64,000 nt of DNA from Alphaproteobacteria bacterium (lineage in GTDB: Bacteria; Pseudomonadota; Alphaproteobacteria; GCA-2731375), in contig CBDDPY010000002.1 in NCBI GenBank assembly GCA_965232515.1, positions 704,001-768,000 on the forward strand. Reading direction: 5' to 3'. Within the stretch, counting starts at the first letter, position 1. Each line of letters starts with the position of its first letter. Of the stretch, positions 43,034 through 51,229 are shown one piece after another. Position numbers and translations under genes: made by a program. A model generated the notes under the pieces. That model saw only the letters and a program-made list of their open reading frames with translations. It made no database searches and was not told the origin of the DNA.

Positions 43034-43225
43034 TTGTTTAGTCCTTTGAACGTGTTGCTTTGATCGGAATGCGCCCCAATCCGATTGCCGGCAGGCGCAG
43101 TGGGAGGTTATTGGCTGAACGCGCGGTGGCACGCCGGCGGGCCCACCCGGCGCCGTGTTCTTGCGCGAACGCCGGGTGGGCTTACCGCAGCTGGGAGTGC
43201 GCTACGTGTTCGAGCCGATTTCCCA

Positions 43226-43261
43226 GCCGACCGTTGTCACCAGCGTTGTGCTGTCCGTGGC
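43226..43261 (-). promoter_or_regulatory. Three 12-bp-period direct repeats (C[A/C]ACG core), candidate regulator site
   Basis: Minus strand GCCACGGACAGC|ACAACGCTGGTG|ACAACGGTCGGC; matches the array at 45171-45215. Confidence 0.55.
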
Positions 43262-43398
43262 AATGACGCCGGAATGCCGTTGTTTTTGCGTTCGTGGTGG
43301 CTTTCGTAGCGAGCGAGCGACCCGGTTCGCTCACCGGCTTCGTACGTCCTTTGCACGGTGAGGCACACCTATGCCCGCGGCAAAAGTTCCCGAAGCGT

Positions 43399-45021
43399 TC
43401 AGATGCCGTGTTCGGCCAAAAAACTGCACACGGTATCCATGCAGGTTCGCCATGCGGGCTCATAGCCCACGAGAACGTGGTTGCGGCTCTCGAGCGGCAC
43501 GAAATGCGCGTCTGGGATGCCCGAGGCCACGGCGCGTCCGAGTTCAAGTGGAATGCGCTGATCTTCCTTTGAATGCAGGACGATCGTCGGCGCCCTGACC
43601 TGACCGAGCCTGTCGCGGACGTCGATGTCACCGAAGGCGTCCTGGAAGCGGGCGGCGTTTTGCGGCGAGGTGGTCAGGCGCTGGAATTCGTCGAACCAGG
43701 CGAGCTCCTCGGCCCCGGCATCTGGCATGAAGGTCTGTGAAAAGATATGCCGGTAGGCGGGGTTGTCCGTTCCCCAGCCAACCTCCGTCAGGGTTCGAAC
43801 CGCCTCGCGCCGGGCCTGCTCCTCGGGGCTCGCGAGGTGGCGCCAACCGGCGGCATAGCTGCCGATAAGGATCAGCCCCGAGACGCGCTCGGGATGCCGC
43901 ACGGCGTATTCGATGGACACGGCCGCACCCTGGGATATGCCGAGCAGGGGGAACCGTTCGAGCGCCAGCTTGTCGGCCACCACTTCGAGATCTTCGACGA
44001 AGGCGTCGAAGCTGAGGTCCTTCACCTCCCAGTCCGACAACCCGCAGCCGCGCTCGTCGTAACGGATGAAGGTCCGCGAGCGCGCGATCTCGGAAAAACA
44101 TTCGCCCCAGATCGGACTCGTCCAGTCGAACTCGAGATGCGTGAGCCAATTGGCGGCCTTCAGGAGCGGGGGCCCCGATCCGAGCGATGCGTAGGCAATG
44201 TTGGTGCCGTCCCGTACCTGGCAGAAGCCGATGCGTTGCGCGCGAAGCGCCCGTCCGCTCGCTTGCGATAGCGACAGATTCGCGTCGTTCGCGGCGATTG
44301 GCGCATGCGACGGCGCCGCGCCCGGAGCGACCATGGCCGTCGGCGGCCGCCCGGATATCGCGCTGATGCCGGGACCGGCCGTGGACCGCTCGAATTCCGC
44401 GGCGCCCTCCGGATCGGCGTCGCGCCATAGGCGCAGCCATTTCGACGCGGCGACCGCTGAGAGGTCGGGATGCATGGCCAGCAGGCGCAGGGCTGTGACC
44501 TGCGCCACGCGGGCGTCCTCGCGCTCGGCCGCAAGCCAGGACCCGAACGCCTCGTCACCAGCGCCGTCAAGTCCGTCGAGCAGCACCGTGTCCAATCGCC
44601 GCGCCATGTCCTCGAGGTCTCCGACCGACAGCTCTTCGGGACCCTGCCGCAGCCGCGTATGGGCCTCGCGAATGTCGATGTGAGCCCCCTCGGCATCCAG
44701 GGCGACGCGCTCGCGGTCGGCGATGATCCGGACCCGGTCGGGGCTGTCGACAACCTTGCGCAGCTTGCTGAGCGACCAGCGCAGGGCTGCCTTGGGGTCG
44801 TCGGGCAGATCCCAGAATAGCTCGCAGAGACGCTCCCGCCGGTGGGGGCGACCCGTTGCGACGAGAAAGGCCAGAAGTGCACGGGCCTTGCGCGATGCCG
44901 GAAGCGCAACCTCGGCGCCATGCCGGACCACGCGCAACTCGCCCAAAAGCGAGATCTCGAACTCGGCGGTTAGCGCCGGCTCTGGCGGTGAAGCCTCTGA
45001 TTTTGTTCGCATCGGTACCAT
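43399..45021 (-). CDS. SARP-like (wHTH + partial BTAD) regulator fused to an alpha/beta hydrolase
   Basis: ISLLGEL, RKARALLAFL, RERLCELFW, LRWSLSKLR; hydrolase GISQG, D(QRIP), NH. Confidence 0.85.
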   Translation of the reverse strand: MVPMRTKSEASPPEPALTAEFEISLLGELRVVRHGAEVALPASRKARALLAFLVATGRPHRRERLCELFWDLPDDPKAALRWSLSKLRKVVDSPDRVRIIADRERVALDAEGAHIDIREAHTRLRQGPEELSVGDLEDMARRLDTVLLDGLDGAGDEAFGSWLAAEREDARVAQVTALRLLAMHPDLSAVAASKWLRLWRDADPEGAAEFERSTAGPGISAISGRPPTAMVAPGAAPSHAPIAANDANLSLSQASGRALRAQRIGFCQVRDGTNIAYASLGSGPPLLKAANWLTHLEFDWTSPIWGECFSEIARSRTFIRYDERGCGLSDWEVKDLSFDAFVEDLEVVADKLALERFPLLGISQGAAVSIEYAVRHPERVSGLILIGSYAAGWRHLASPEEQARREAVRTLTEVGWGTDNPAYRHIFSQTFMPDAGAEELAWFDEFQRLTTSPQNAARFQDAFGDIDVRDRLGQVRAPTIVLHSKEDQRIPLELGRAVASGIPDAHFVPLESRNHVLVGYEPAWRTCMDTVCSFLAEHGI

Positions 45022-45170
45022 CCGTCCTTGAACCAGATAGCCAAAGTGGGATGGGCCTCCTCCAAAAGGCTGTGCCGTAACTGGCGCCCGCTTTTCGGGT
45101 GACGCCTTCGGCAGATTTCTGCCTTTGCGCGAGGGCTAGCACGATACGACGACGAGTCAATGTGAGAAAT

Positions 45171-45215
45171 ACCACACCCCTGACAACGCTCGTCACAACG
45201 CTCGCGACAACGCTC
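45171..45215 (+). promoter_or_regulatory. Direct repeats ACAACGCTC x3 (12-bp period) plus one degenerate copy, upstream of P450
   Basis: ACCACACCCCTG|ACAACGCTCGTC|ACAACGCTCGCG|ACAACGCTC. Confidence 0.7.
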
Positions 45216-45325
45216 AGGGTTCAATTCGCTCCGAAATGCCGCGACACGCCGGCGGCAGCCTACCCGACGCCCCCGGGAGCTGCGGCCACGTTTTTTGCGG
45301 CCGTAGCCACAGACCGGAGCAAACG

Positions 45326-46543
45326 ATGGACAAAGACACAAAGAACATCGCGACGAGTCCGCACTTTGTCGACCCCTGCGCGTTAAGCGCCGCGCCGCAC
45401 GCCTGGTTCGCTGAACTTCGGCCCGAGACGCCCTTCGTGCGGCTCGGCCCAAACCAGTACCTCGTGCTTCGCGGCGAGCCCGTTCAGTCGCTTCTGACCG
45501 ATCCGAGGACGCGCCAGATCGAGGGGCCGGAATTCGTGGCGTTGCATCAGATCCCCGATGGGATCACGGCGCGGTTCCTATCGGATATCTTCCTGTTCGC
45601 CAACGGCGACGCGCATCGTGGGAAGCGTGGCCTCTTCGCTCGCAGCTTTGCCCACCGGATCATGCGAGACGTGCGTGGTCAGGTCCGTGGCATCGCCGAC
45701 GGGATCGTCGCCAGCTTACCGCGCGGCGAGAGCTTCGACTTCGTGGATCGTATGGCTGCTCGCGTGCCCGCCGACATGATCGGCGCGATCCTTGGGCTTC
45801 CGGAGTCGGACTCGCGGTACTTCGCGCGGCTTGTCTACGACGTCGCCCGCGCGTTTACGCTGGTCTATCCGCACGATCATCACGACGCGATTGAGAGCGC
45901 GACCCAAGAGCTCTTCGACTATGTCCAGGGGCAGATGCGCATGCGCATCCTCGCCCCCAGGGACGATCTGCTCTCAGCCCTTGTCGCCGACTGGCGGACC
46001 GAGAAGGACATGTCGTTCGACAGCCTCGTCTTTCAGACCGTCGGATTGATCATCGCCGGCAGCGACACGACCCGGTCGGCCTTCGCCATGCTCGTCGCAC
46101 TGCTCCTGCAGCGTGATGTCGACTGGGCCGCGATCTGGTTCGATTCGACCCTGATTCCGGGCGCGGTCGACGAGGGGATGCGCTACGAACCCTCAGTCGC
46201 CTCCATTCCGCGCGTGACGACGGAATCGATCGAGATCGACGGTATCGGCCTGCCGGCTGGCTCGGTCCTGCATCTCAGCACCATGTCGGCGATGCGCGAT
46301 CCGGCGCTCTACGTCGATCCGGACCGTTTCGATATCCGCCGCGCCGATCATCCGCGCCTCCACATGGTCTTTGGCTTCGGCCCGCATCGCTGCCTCGGCG
46401 AGTTGCTGGCGCGGATCGAAATGGAGGAGAGCCTCGCCGCCGTCCTTGACGCGGTGCGCGGCATCGAACTGGAGACGCCGCCCCGCATGCTCGGCTTCGG
46501 CGGCGTCCGCCAGATCACGCCGATGCAGGTCCGCATCCCATAA
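45326..46543 (+). CDS. Cytochrome P450
   Basis: I-helix AGSDTT, ExxR (EGMR), heme motif FGFGPHRCLG; GGAG RBS before ATG 45326. Confidence 0.93.
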   Translation: MDKDTKNIATSPHFVDPCALSAAPHAWFAELRPETPFVRLGPNQYLVLRGEPVQSLLTDPRTRQIEGPEFVALHQIPDGITARFLSDIFLFANGDAHRGKRGLFARSFAHRIMRDVRGQVRGIADGIVASLPRGESFDFVDRMAARVPADMIGAILGLPESDSRYFARLVYDVARAFTLVYPHDHHDAIESATQELFDYVQGQMRMRILAPRDDLLSALVADWRTEKDMSFDSLVFQTVGLIIAGSDTTRSAFAMLVALLLQRDVDWAAIWFDSTLIPGAVDEGMRYEPSVASIPRVTTESIEIDGIGLPAGSVLHLSTMSAMRDPALYVDPDRFDIRRADHPRLHMVFGFGPHRCLGELLARIEMEESLAAVLDAVRGIELETPPRMLGFGGVRQITPMQVRIP

Positions 46544-46627
46544 CCGCAACCTTCAGGAAGAAGAAATTCGGAACTAGCGCCGGTCCCCGCGCGGCCGGTG
46601 CGGCGCAGTTAAGAAAAGGACGAGCCG

Positions 46628-47560
46628 ATGGCTTTTGACGTATCCGTCGTTGTGGTGTCGGACTATGCCGGTGGAGAGGCCAAATCCTGGGACGATCTTC
46701 GGAAGACCCTGAGCAGCCTGTCGCGGCAGGATTTTCAGGGAAAGGCAGAGTTCATCCTCGTTGAGGCCACCGCGTTTCACGACGCGACTCCGGCCGACCT
46801 GATGGAAATCATTCCAGACCTGCGCATTGTCTGGTCCCCTGCGACGTCGTCCTACGACATGAAGAATGCCGGCGGCCAAGCGGCGACGAGTGACATCGTC
46901 GCGATGTTGGATGCGGACTGCATTCCCTGCGAATCCTGGCTGCGTCATCTGGTCGAGACGATGCGCGCCAATCCCGATGCCGTGGCGGTCAGCGGCAAGA
47001 CCACCTATCCCGGACGAACGCTAGTCGAGCGCATCCTGGCCCTGATCGGCCGGTCGTTCCTCTATCGCCGCCAGACCGGCGACACCGATTCGATTTCGAA
47101 CAACAACGCCGGCTACCGCCGCGACATTTTGCGGCGGTATCCGTTGTCGAACGCCATCGGACCGTTCGGCGCCGGGCTGCAGAACACGGCCGTCGTCTGC
47201 GACGGCCATCGGGTGATGTTCGAGCCGCGCATGCTTGCCGTGCATGACTTCGAGGGTTGGGCCATGGAGTGCGACGTCCGCCGGAACGTCGGCTATGCGA
47301 CCGTGGCCGTGCGTCAGCATGAGCCGCGCATCAAGCAAGCCTGGTTCGTCAAACTGGGCGTTCTCAGCCTGCCGCTGTTCTACGCCGGGCGGGTGCTGAT
47401 GTCGTCGCGCCAGTGTATTCGCTATCACCGCGACTATGGCGTACCGGTCTACGCCCTGCCGATGGCGCTGGGCCTTGCCTTCATCGTCCACGCCATGGAG
47501 CTGCCCGGCATGCTGCGGGCGCTCCGTAACCGGCCGATCACCGAAACGGCTTACCGCTAG
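46628..47560 (+). CDS. Glycosyltransferase family 2
   Basis: VSVVV, LSRQDF, KNAG, MLDADC (DxD), C-terminal TM helices. Confidence 0.82.
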   Translation: MAFDVSVVVVSDYAGGEAKSWDDLRKTLSSLSRQDFQGKAEFILVEATAFHDATPADLMEIIPDLRIVWSPATSSYDMKNAGGQAATSDIVAMLDADCIPCESWLRHLVETMRANPDAVAVSGKTTYPGRTLVERILALIGRSFLYRRQTGDTDSISNNNAGYRRDILRRYPLSNAIGPFGAGLQNTAVVCDGHRVMFEPRMLAVHDFEGWAMECDVRRNVGYATVAVRQHEPRIKQAWFVKLGVLSLPLFYAGRVLMSSRQCIRYHRDYGVPVYALPMALGLAFIVHAMELPGMLRALRNRPITETAYR

Positions 47561-47683
47561 AAAATTTTCATTTTCGCGGCACCGGCCCGCGCGAGCGGAA
47601 GACGCGCTGGTCCGACGGCATCTGTGCCGTCACGCCAATCAACAGCCGGGCAAAGCAGCCCGGCAACATCGAAAGGGAACAAG

Positions 47684-48121
47684 ATGTTGCGAATTCTCAC
47701 CCGCACGGCCGTTACTTCGAGCGTCGGCCTCGGCATTGCGCTGTGGGCGGTTTCGGCTGAAGCCGTGCCGACCGCGGCCGCCTCCCGGGCCGACGTGAAT
47801 GCCGCGATCGGTGACGCGACCACCACGGCGGAAATGTTCGACCACGACTTGCCTGACGCGCGCTTGATCATCCTCGACTTGGGCGCGACGACCAAGGTCG
47901 GCGACGACGATCGCGGATCCCTCTTCGCCGACAAGGCAATGGCCTCCCAGAGTGACGTCGATGGCGTCGACGAGGATGATACGGCGGCGCCTACGACACT
48001 GACCGACGTCTTTCCTCTGCCTGTGATCGGCATTCTGCTTGCCGGACTCGGTCTCCTGGCCGCCCGACGTCGCTCGCGGGCGCGGCGGCGTGTGCGCGCC
48101 AGTACACCGCCGCCGTCCTAG
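47684..48121 (+). CDS. Exported protein with PEP-CTERM/VPLPA-like C-terminal sorting signal
   Basis: Signal peptide (..AVSAEA), acidic low-complexity body, VFPLPVIGILLAGLGLLAARRRS tail. Confidence 0.55.
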   Translation: MLRILTRTAVTSSVGLGIALWAVSAEAVPTAAASRADVNAAIGDATTTAEMFDHDLPDARLIILDLGATTKVGDDDRGSLFADKAMASQSDVDGVDEDDTAAPTTLTDVFPLPVIGILLAGLGLLAARRRSRARRRVRASTPPPS

Positions 48122-48315
48122 GCCGTTCGTGTCGGCCAATCCCAACGGGCGCCTCGGGTCGATCTCACACTTTAAGGTTATCTGGAAAGTGTCTGATTGG
48201 GAGGCCGTTTCTGGTACATCGGGGGCATCGCTCCACGAGCAAGTCATCTCCGGTGTTCGCCCTAAGGCCGACGCCGAGTCACCATGCGAAAAAATTTTAT
48301 CTGTGAATTTTCAGG

Positions 48316-48996
48316 CTAGTAGCCGCGCTCGGCCAGTTCGATTTCGATGAATTCGCGTGCCGTTGGCCAGTCGCCGCCATGGAAGTGACAGTCCTCGGGC
48401 GGATCGACGAGCCGGGCGAGCCTGGGGTCGGCGACGAAATGCATGCGGACGACGTCGGCGGACGCCTGGGCGACGGACGTGATGTTGTGCGGGATATCGT
48501 CCAGAAAGAAGGCTGGCGCCGTGACGTCGGCGACGATCTGCGCCACGGCCGGGCCTTTGACGCCGCTGTTGGCGACAACGGGAAAGTCCATGCCGTGTCG
48601 CCGCAGCGATCGCCGGCGGGCGTCGCGCTGGTCGAGCGGCACGTTCGACAGGATGACGATCTGGGCCCGGGCGGACAGTGCGCCTAGCGCCTCGGCCGCG
48701 CCCGGCACCGGCGACAGATGTTCGGTGCGTTGTGCGAAGAAGCTGCCCAGCAAGGCCTTCACGTCGACCGCGTCGACCGGCTCGGCCGTATCGCGATAGC
48801 GGATGTTGCCCGTAAGCGCGAAGGACGACAGGTCGAGAAACATCGGCCGAGTCTGCTCTTCCAGAAAGACCTCGAGCCCGGCGACGAATTGCAGTACCAC
48901 CTCGTCCGCGTCCGAGATGACGATCGGCCGGTCCGGCGCGATGTCCAGATCGGCGATCTGTCGGGCGACGTCGTCGTGCAGGTGGAGGTTTTTCAT
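48316..48996 (-). CDS. HAD-superfamily-like conserved hypothetical protein
   Basis: ISDADEVV, ILSN, KGPA, FLDD motifs. Confidence 0.75.
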   Translation of the reverse strand: MKNLHLHDDVARQIADLDIAPDRPIVISDADEVVLQFVAGLEVFLEEQTRPMFLDLSSFALTGNIRYRDTAEPVDAVDVKALLGSFFAQRTEHLSPVPGAAEALGALSARAQIVILSNVPLDQRDARRRSLRRHGMDFPVVANSGVKGPAVAQIVADVTAPAFFLDDIPHNITSVAQASADVVRMHFVADPRLARLVDPPEDCHFHGGDWPTAREFIEIELAERGY

Positions 48997-49003
48997 CACG
49001 CGG

Positions 49004-49273
49004 TCATTCCATCGTCGCGCCGGTGAGGCATCGATAGGCCGCCGCCGGCAGTTCGGGCGCCAGATCGTTGGCCTCGCAGAACGCGATCAGGTCCGGCTCG
49101 TTGGCCAACAGGAAGTCAAGCACGCCGGCGAGGCTGTTCGGGTCCTCAGCCGCGGCCCGCAGTCCGGCGACATCGAGGCCGCTCAGCGCCATGAACCGCG
49201 GCAGGAGTTTCTCGTCGCCAACGGTATAGCTCAGCGCCCGTAGCGCGATGGTTAAAGCCTGTTCAGACGTCAT
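49004..49273 (-). CDS. DUF3572 family protein
   Basis: IALRAL, RFMALSG, LAGVLDFLL..E; divergent from divK. Confidence 0.82.
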   Translation of the reverse strand: MTSEQALTIALRALSYTVGDEKLLPRFMALSGLDVAGLRAAAEDPNSLAGVLDFLLANEPDLIAFCEANDLAPELPAAAYRCLTGATME

Positions 49274-49283
49274 CACCGAAGAG

Positions 49284-49299
49284 TTAACTGATGTTTAAC
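49284..49299 (+). promoter_or_regulatory. Full CtrA box TTAA-N7-TTAAC in the divK/DUF3572 intergenic region
   Basis: TTAACTGATGTTTAAC. Confidence 0.75.
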
Positions 49300-49416
49300 A
49301 AATTGCCAAAAGACTGTGTCCGTCCGGCGCTTGGCCTGACCTTCATGAGATGGTAAGAAGTTATGGTTACTCCGGGAATTAACACCCCTGAAGCGAAATC
49401 CGATTATGTTGAGGGC

Positions 49417-49782
49417 ATGGCCAAGACCGTCCTGATCGTTGAAGACAACGATCTGAACATGAAACTTTTCCACGACCTTCTCGACGCGCACGGGTACCAG
49501 ACCCTGCAGACGAAGGACGGAATGGAAGCGCTTGCCATTGCCCGGGAAAATCGGCCGGACCTGATCCTGATGGACATCCAGTTGCCCGAAGTATCGGGGC
49601 TGGAGGTGACGAAATGGATCAAGGAAGACGATTCTCTGAAATCGATTCCCGTCGTCGCCGTTACGGCGTTCGCCATGAAGGGCGATGAGGAAAAGATCCG
49701 GGAAGGCGGCTGCGAGGCGTATATCGCCAAGCCCATCTCCGTCCAGCAGTTCCTCGAGACGGTCAAGCGCTTTCTGGACTAG
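49417..49782 (+). CDS. divK: Single-domain response regulator DivK
   Basis: 121 aa; [36 protein letters not shown]; precedes pleD. Confidence 0.93.
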   Translation: MAKTVLIVEDNDLNMKLFHDLLDAHGYQTLQTKDGMEALAIARENRPDLILMDIQLPEVSGLEVTKWIKEDDSLKSIPVVAVTAFAMKGDEEKIREGGCEAYIAKPISVQQFLETVKRFLD

Positions 49783-49788
49783 GGTCCG

Positions 49789-51198
49789 ATGACAGCCCGT
49801 GTGCTCGTCGTCGATGACGTTGTCGCCAACGTCCGTTTGCTGGAAGCAAAGCTCGCCAGAGAGTATTTCGACGTCCTGACCGCGATGGACGGGCCCGAGG
49901 CGCTGGCCGCGGTCGAGCGCGAAGTCCCGGATATCATCCTGCTCGACGTCATGATGCCGGGCATGGATGGCTTCGAAGTTTGCCGCCGCATCAAGGCGGA
50001 TCCGCGCTTCATGCACATTCCGGTCGTCATGGTGACGGCGCTGAGCGATAGCGCCGACCGGGTGCAGGGCCTGGAAGCCGGCGCCGACGACTTTCTGACC
50101 AAGCCCGTGAACGATATCGCGCTGTTCGCCCGCGTGCGCTCGCTGGTCCGCCTGAAGATGATGATGGACGAGCTGCGCCTGCGGCAGCAGACGGCCAACA
50201 GCCTCGGGCTCAGCGAGTCGGTCGAGCCCGAGATCGACATATCCGGCGGGCATGTTCTGCTGGTCGAAGATCGCGACGTCTATGCCAAGTCGATCGATGA
50301 CACGCTGGCCGGCGAACACAATCTGACCGTCGCCAAGTCGGACGAAGAGGCCGTCGCCGTCGCCCGGGGCGGTCAGTTCGAGCTCATCATCGTCAGCCTG
50401 GCGCTGCAGGAGACAGATGCGCTGCGCCTGTGCTCGCAGCTTCGCAGCATGGACGAAACACGGCAGGTGCCGCTGCTGGTTCTGGTCGACGACACGCCGG
50501 ACGAGATGGCCCGTATGGTCAAGGGTCTCGACCTCGGCGTGAACGACTACCTGATCCGGCCGATCGATCGCAACGAGCTGTTGGCGCGCGCCCGCAGCCA
50601 GATCCGGCGCAAGCGCTACGAGGATCGGCTGCGCAGCAACTACGAGCTGAGCATGACCATGGCCGTGACCGACACGGTTACCGGCCTCTATAACCGCCGC
50701 TATATGGAGCTCCACCTGCAGCGCCTGGTCGAACGGTCGAGTCACGGCGGGCATCCGGTCTGTCTGCTGATCCTAGACATCGATCACTTCAAGACCGTGA
50801 ACGACACACACGGCCACGCCGTCGGCGACGAGGTTCTGCGGGAGTTCGGCGAGCGTATTGCCCGCGGCACCCGCGGCATCGACATGGCGTCGCGCTACGG
50901 CGGCGAGGAATTCGTCATCGTCATGCCGGACACCGTGCTCGACGATGCCGTCGCCGCCGCCGAACGGCTGCGCGAGTCGGTGGCGAACACGCCGTTCAGA
51001 GTTTCCGGCGAGGTCGGCGAGCTGGCGGTAACGGTCAGCATCGGCGTTGCCGAAACGACCGGCGGCATGACCGATCCCGACAGCCTGATCCGGGCCGCCG
51101 ATGAGGCGCTGTACGTCGCCAAGAACAACGGCCGGAACCGCGTCGTAACCGCGCCGAACGGCGACGAGCCGCTGGCGGCCGGGCAGGGCGCCAGCTGA
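49789..51198 (+). CDS. pleD: REC-REC-GGEEF diguanylate cyclase PleD
   Basis: MTARVLVVDD, ANVRLLEAKL, two receiver domains, RGIDMASRYGGEEF. Confidence 0.93.
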   Translation: MTARVLVVDDVVANVRLLEAKLAREYFDVLTAMDGPEALAAVEREVPDIILLDVMMPGMDGFEVCRRIKADPRFMHIPVVMVTALSDSADRVQGLEAGADDFLTKPVNDIALFARVRSLVRLKMMMDELRLRQQTANSLGLSESVEPEIDISGGHVLLVEDRDVYAKSIDDTLAGEHNLTVAKSDEEAVAVARGGQFELIIVSLALQETDALRLCSQLRSMDETRQVPLLVLVDDTPDEMARMVKGLDLGVNDYLIRPIDRNELLARARSQIRRKRYEDRLRSNYELSMTMAVTDTVTGLYNRRYMELHLQRLVERSSHGGHPVCLLILDIDHFKTVNDTHGHAVGDEVLREFGERIARGTRGIDMASRYGGEEFVIVMPDTVLDDAVAAAERLRESVANTPFRVSGEVGELAVTVSIGVAETTGGMTDPDSLIRAADEALYVAKNNGRNRVVTAPNGDEPLAAGQGAS

Positions 51199-51229
51199 CG
51201 CTTTGCTGCCCGGCCGATCGCTTTAGCGG

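Noticed and set aside
45183-45215. ACAACGCTC repeats as a CRISPR array or iterons
   Set aside because: 9-bp units with 3-bp spacers; no cas or rep gene; better explained as operators
42615-46543. P450-modified RiPP cluster with the 16-aa ORF as precursor
   Set aside because: Peptide has no aromatic residues for biaryl crosslinking and is not adjacent or co-oriented with the P450
47557-48319. Imperfect AT-rich inverted repeats flanking the PEP-CTERM-like gene
   Set aside because: Low-complexity A/T runs that need gaps to align; not convincing
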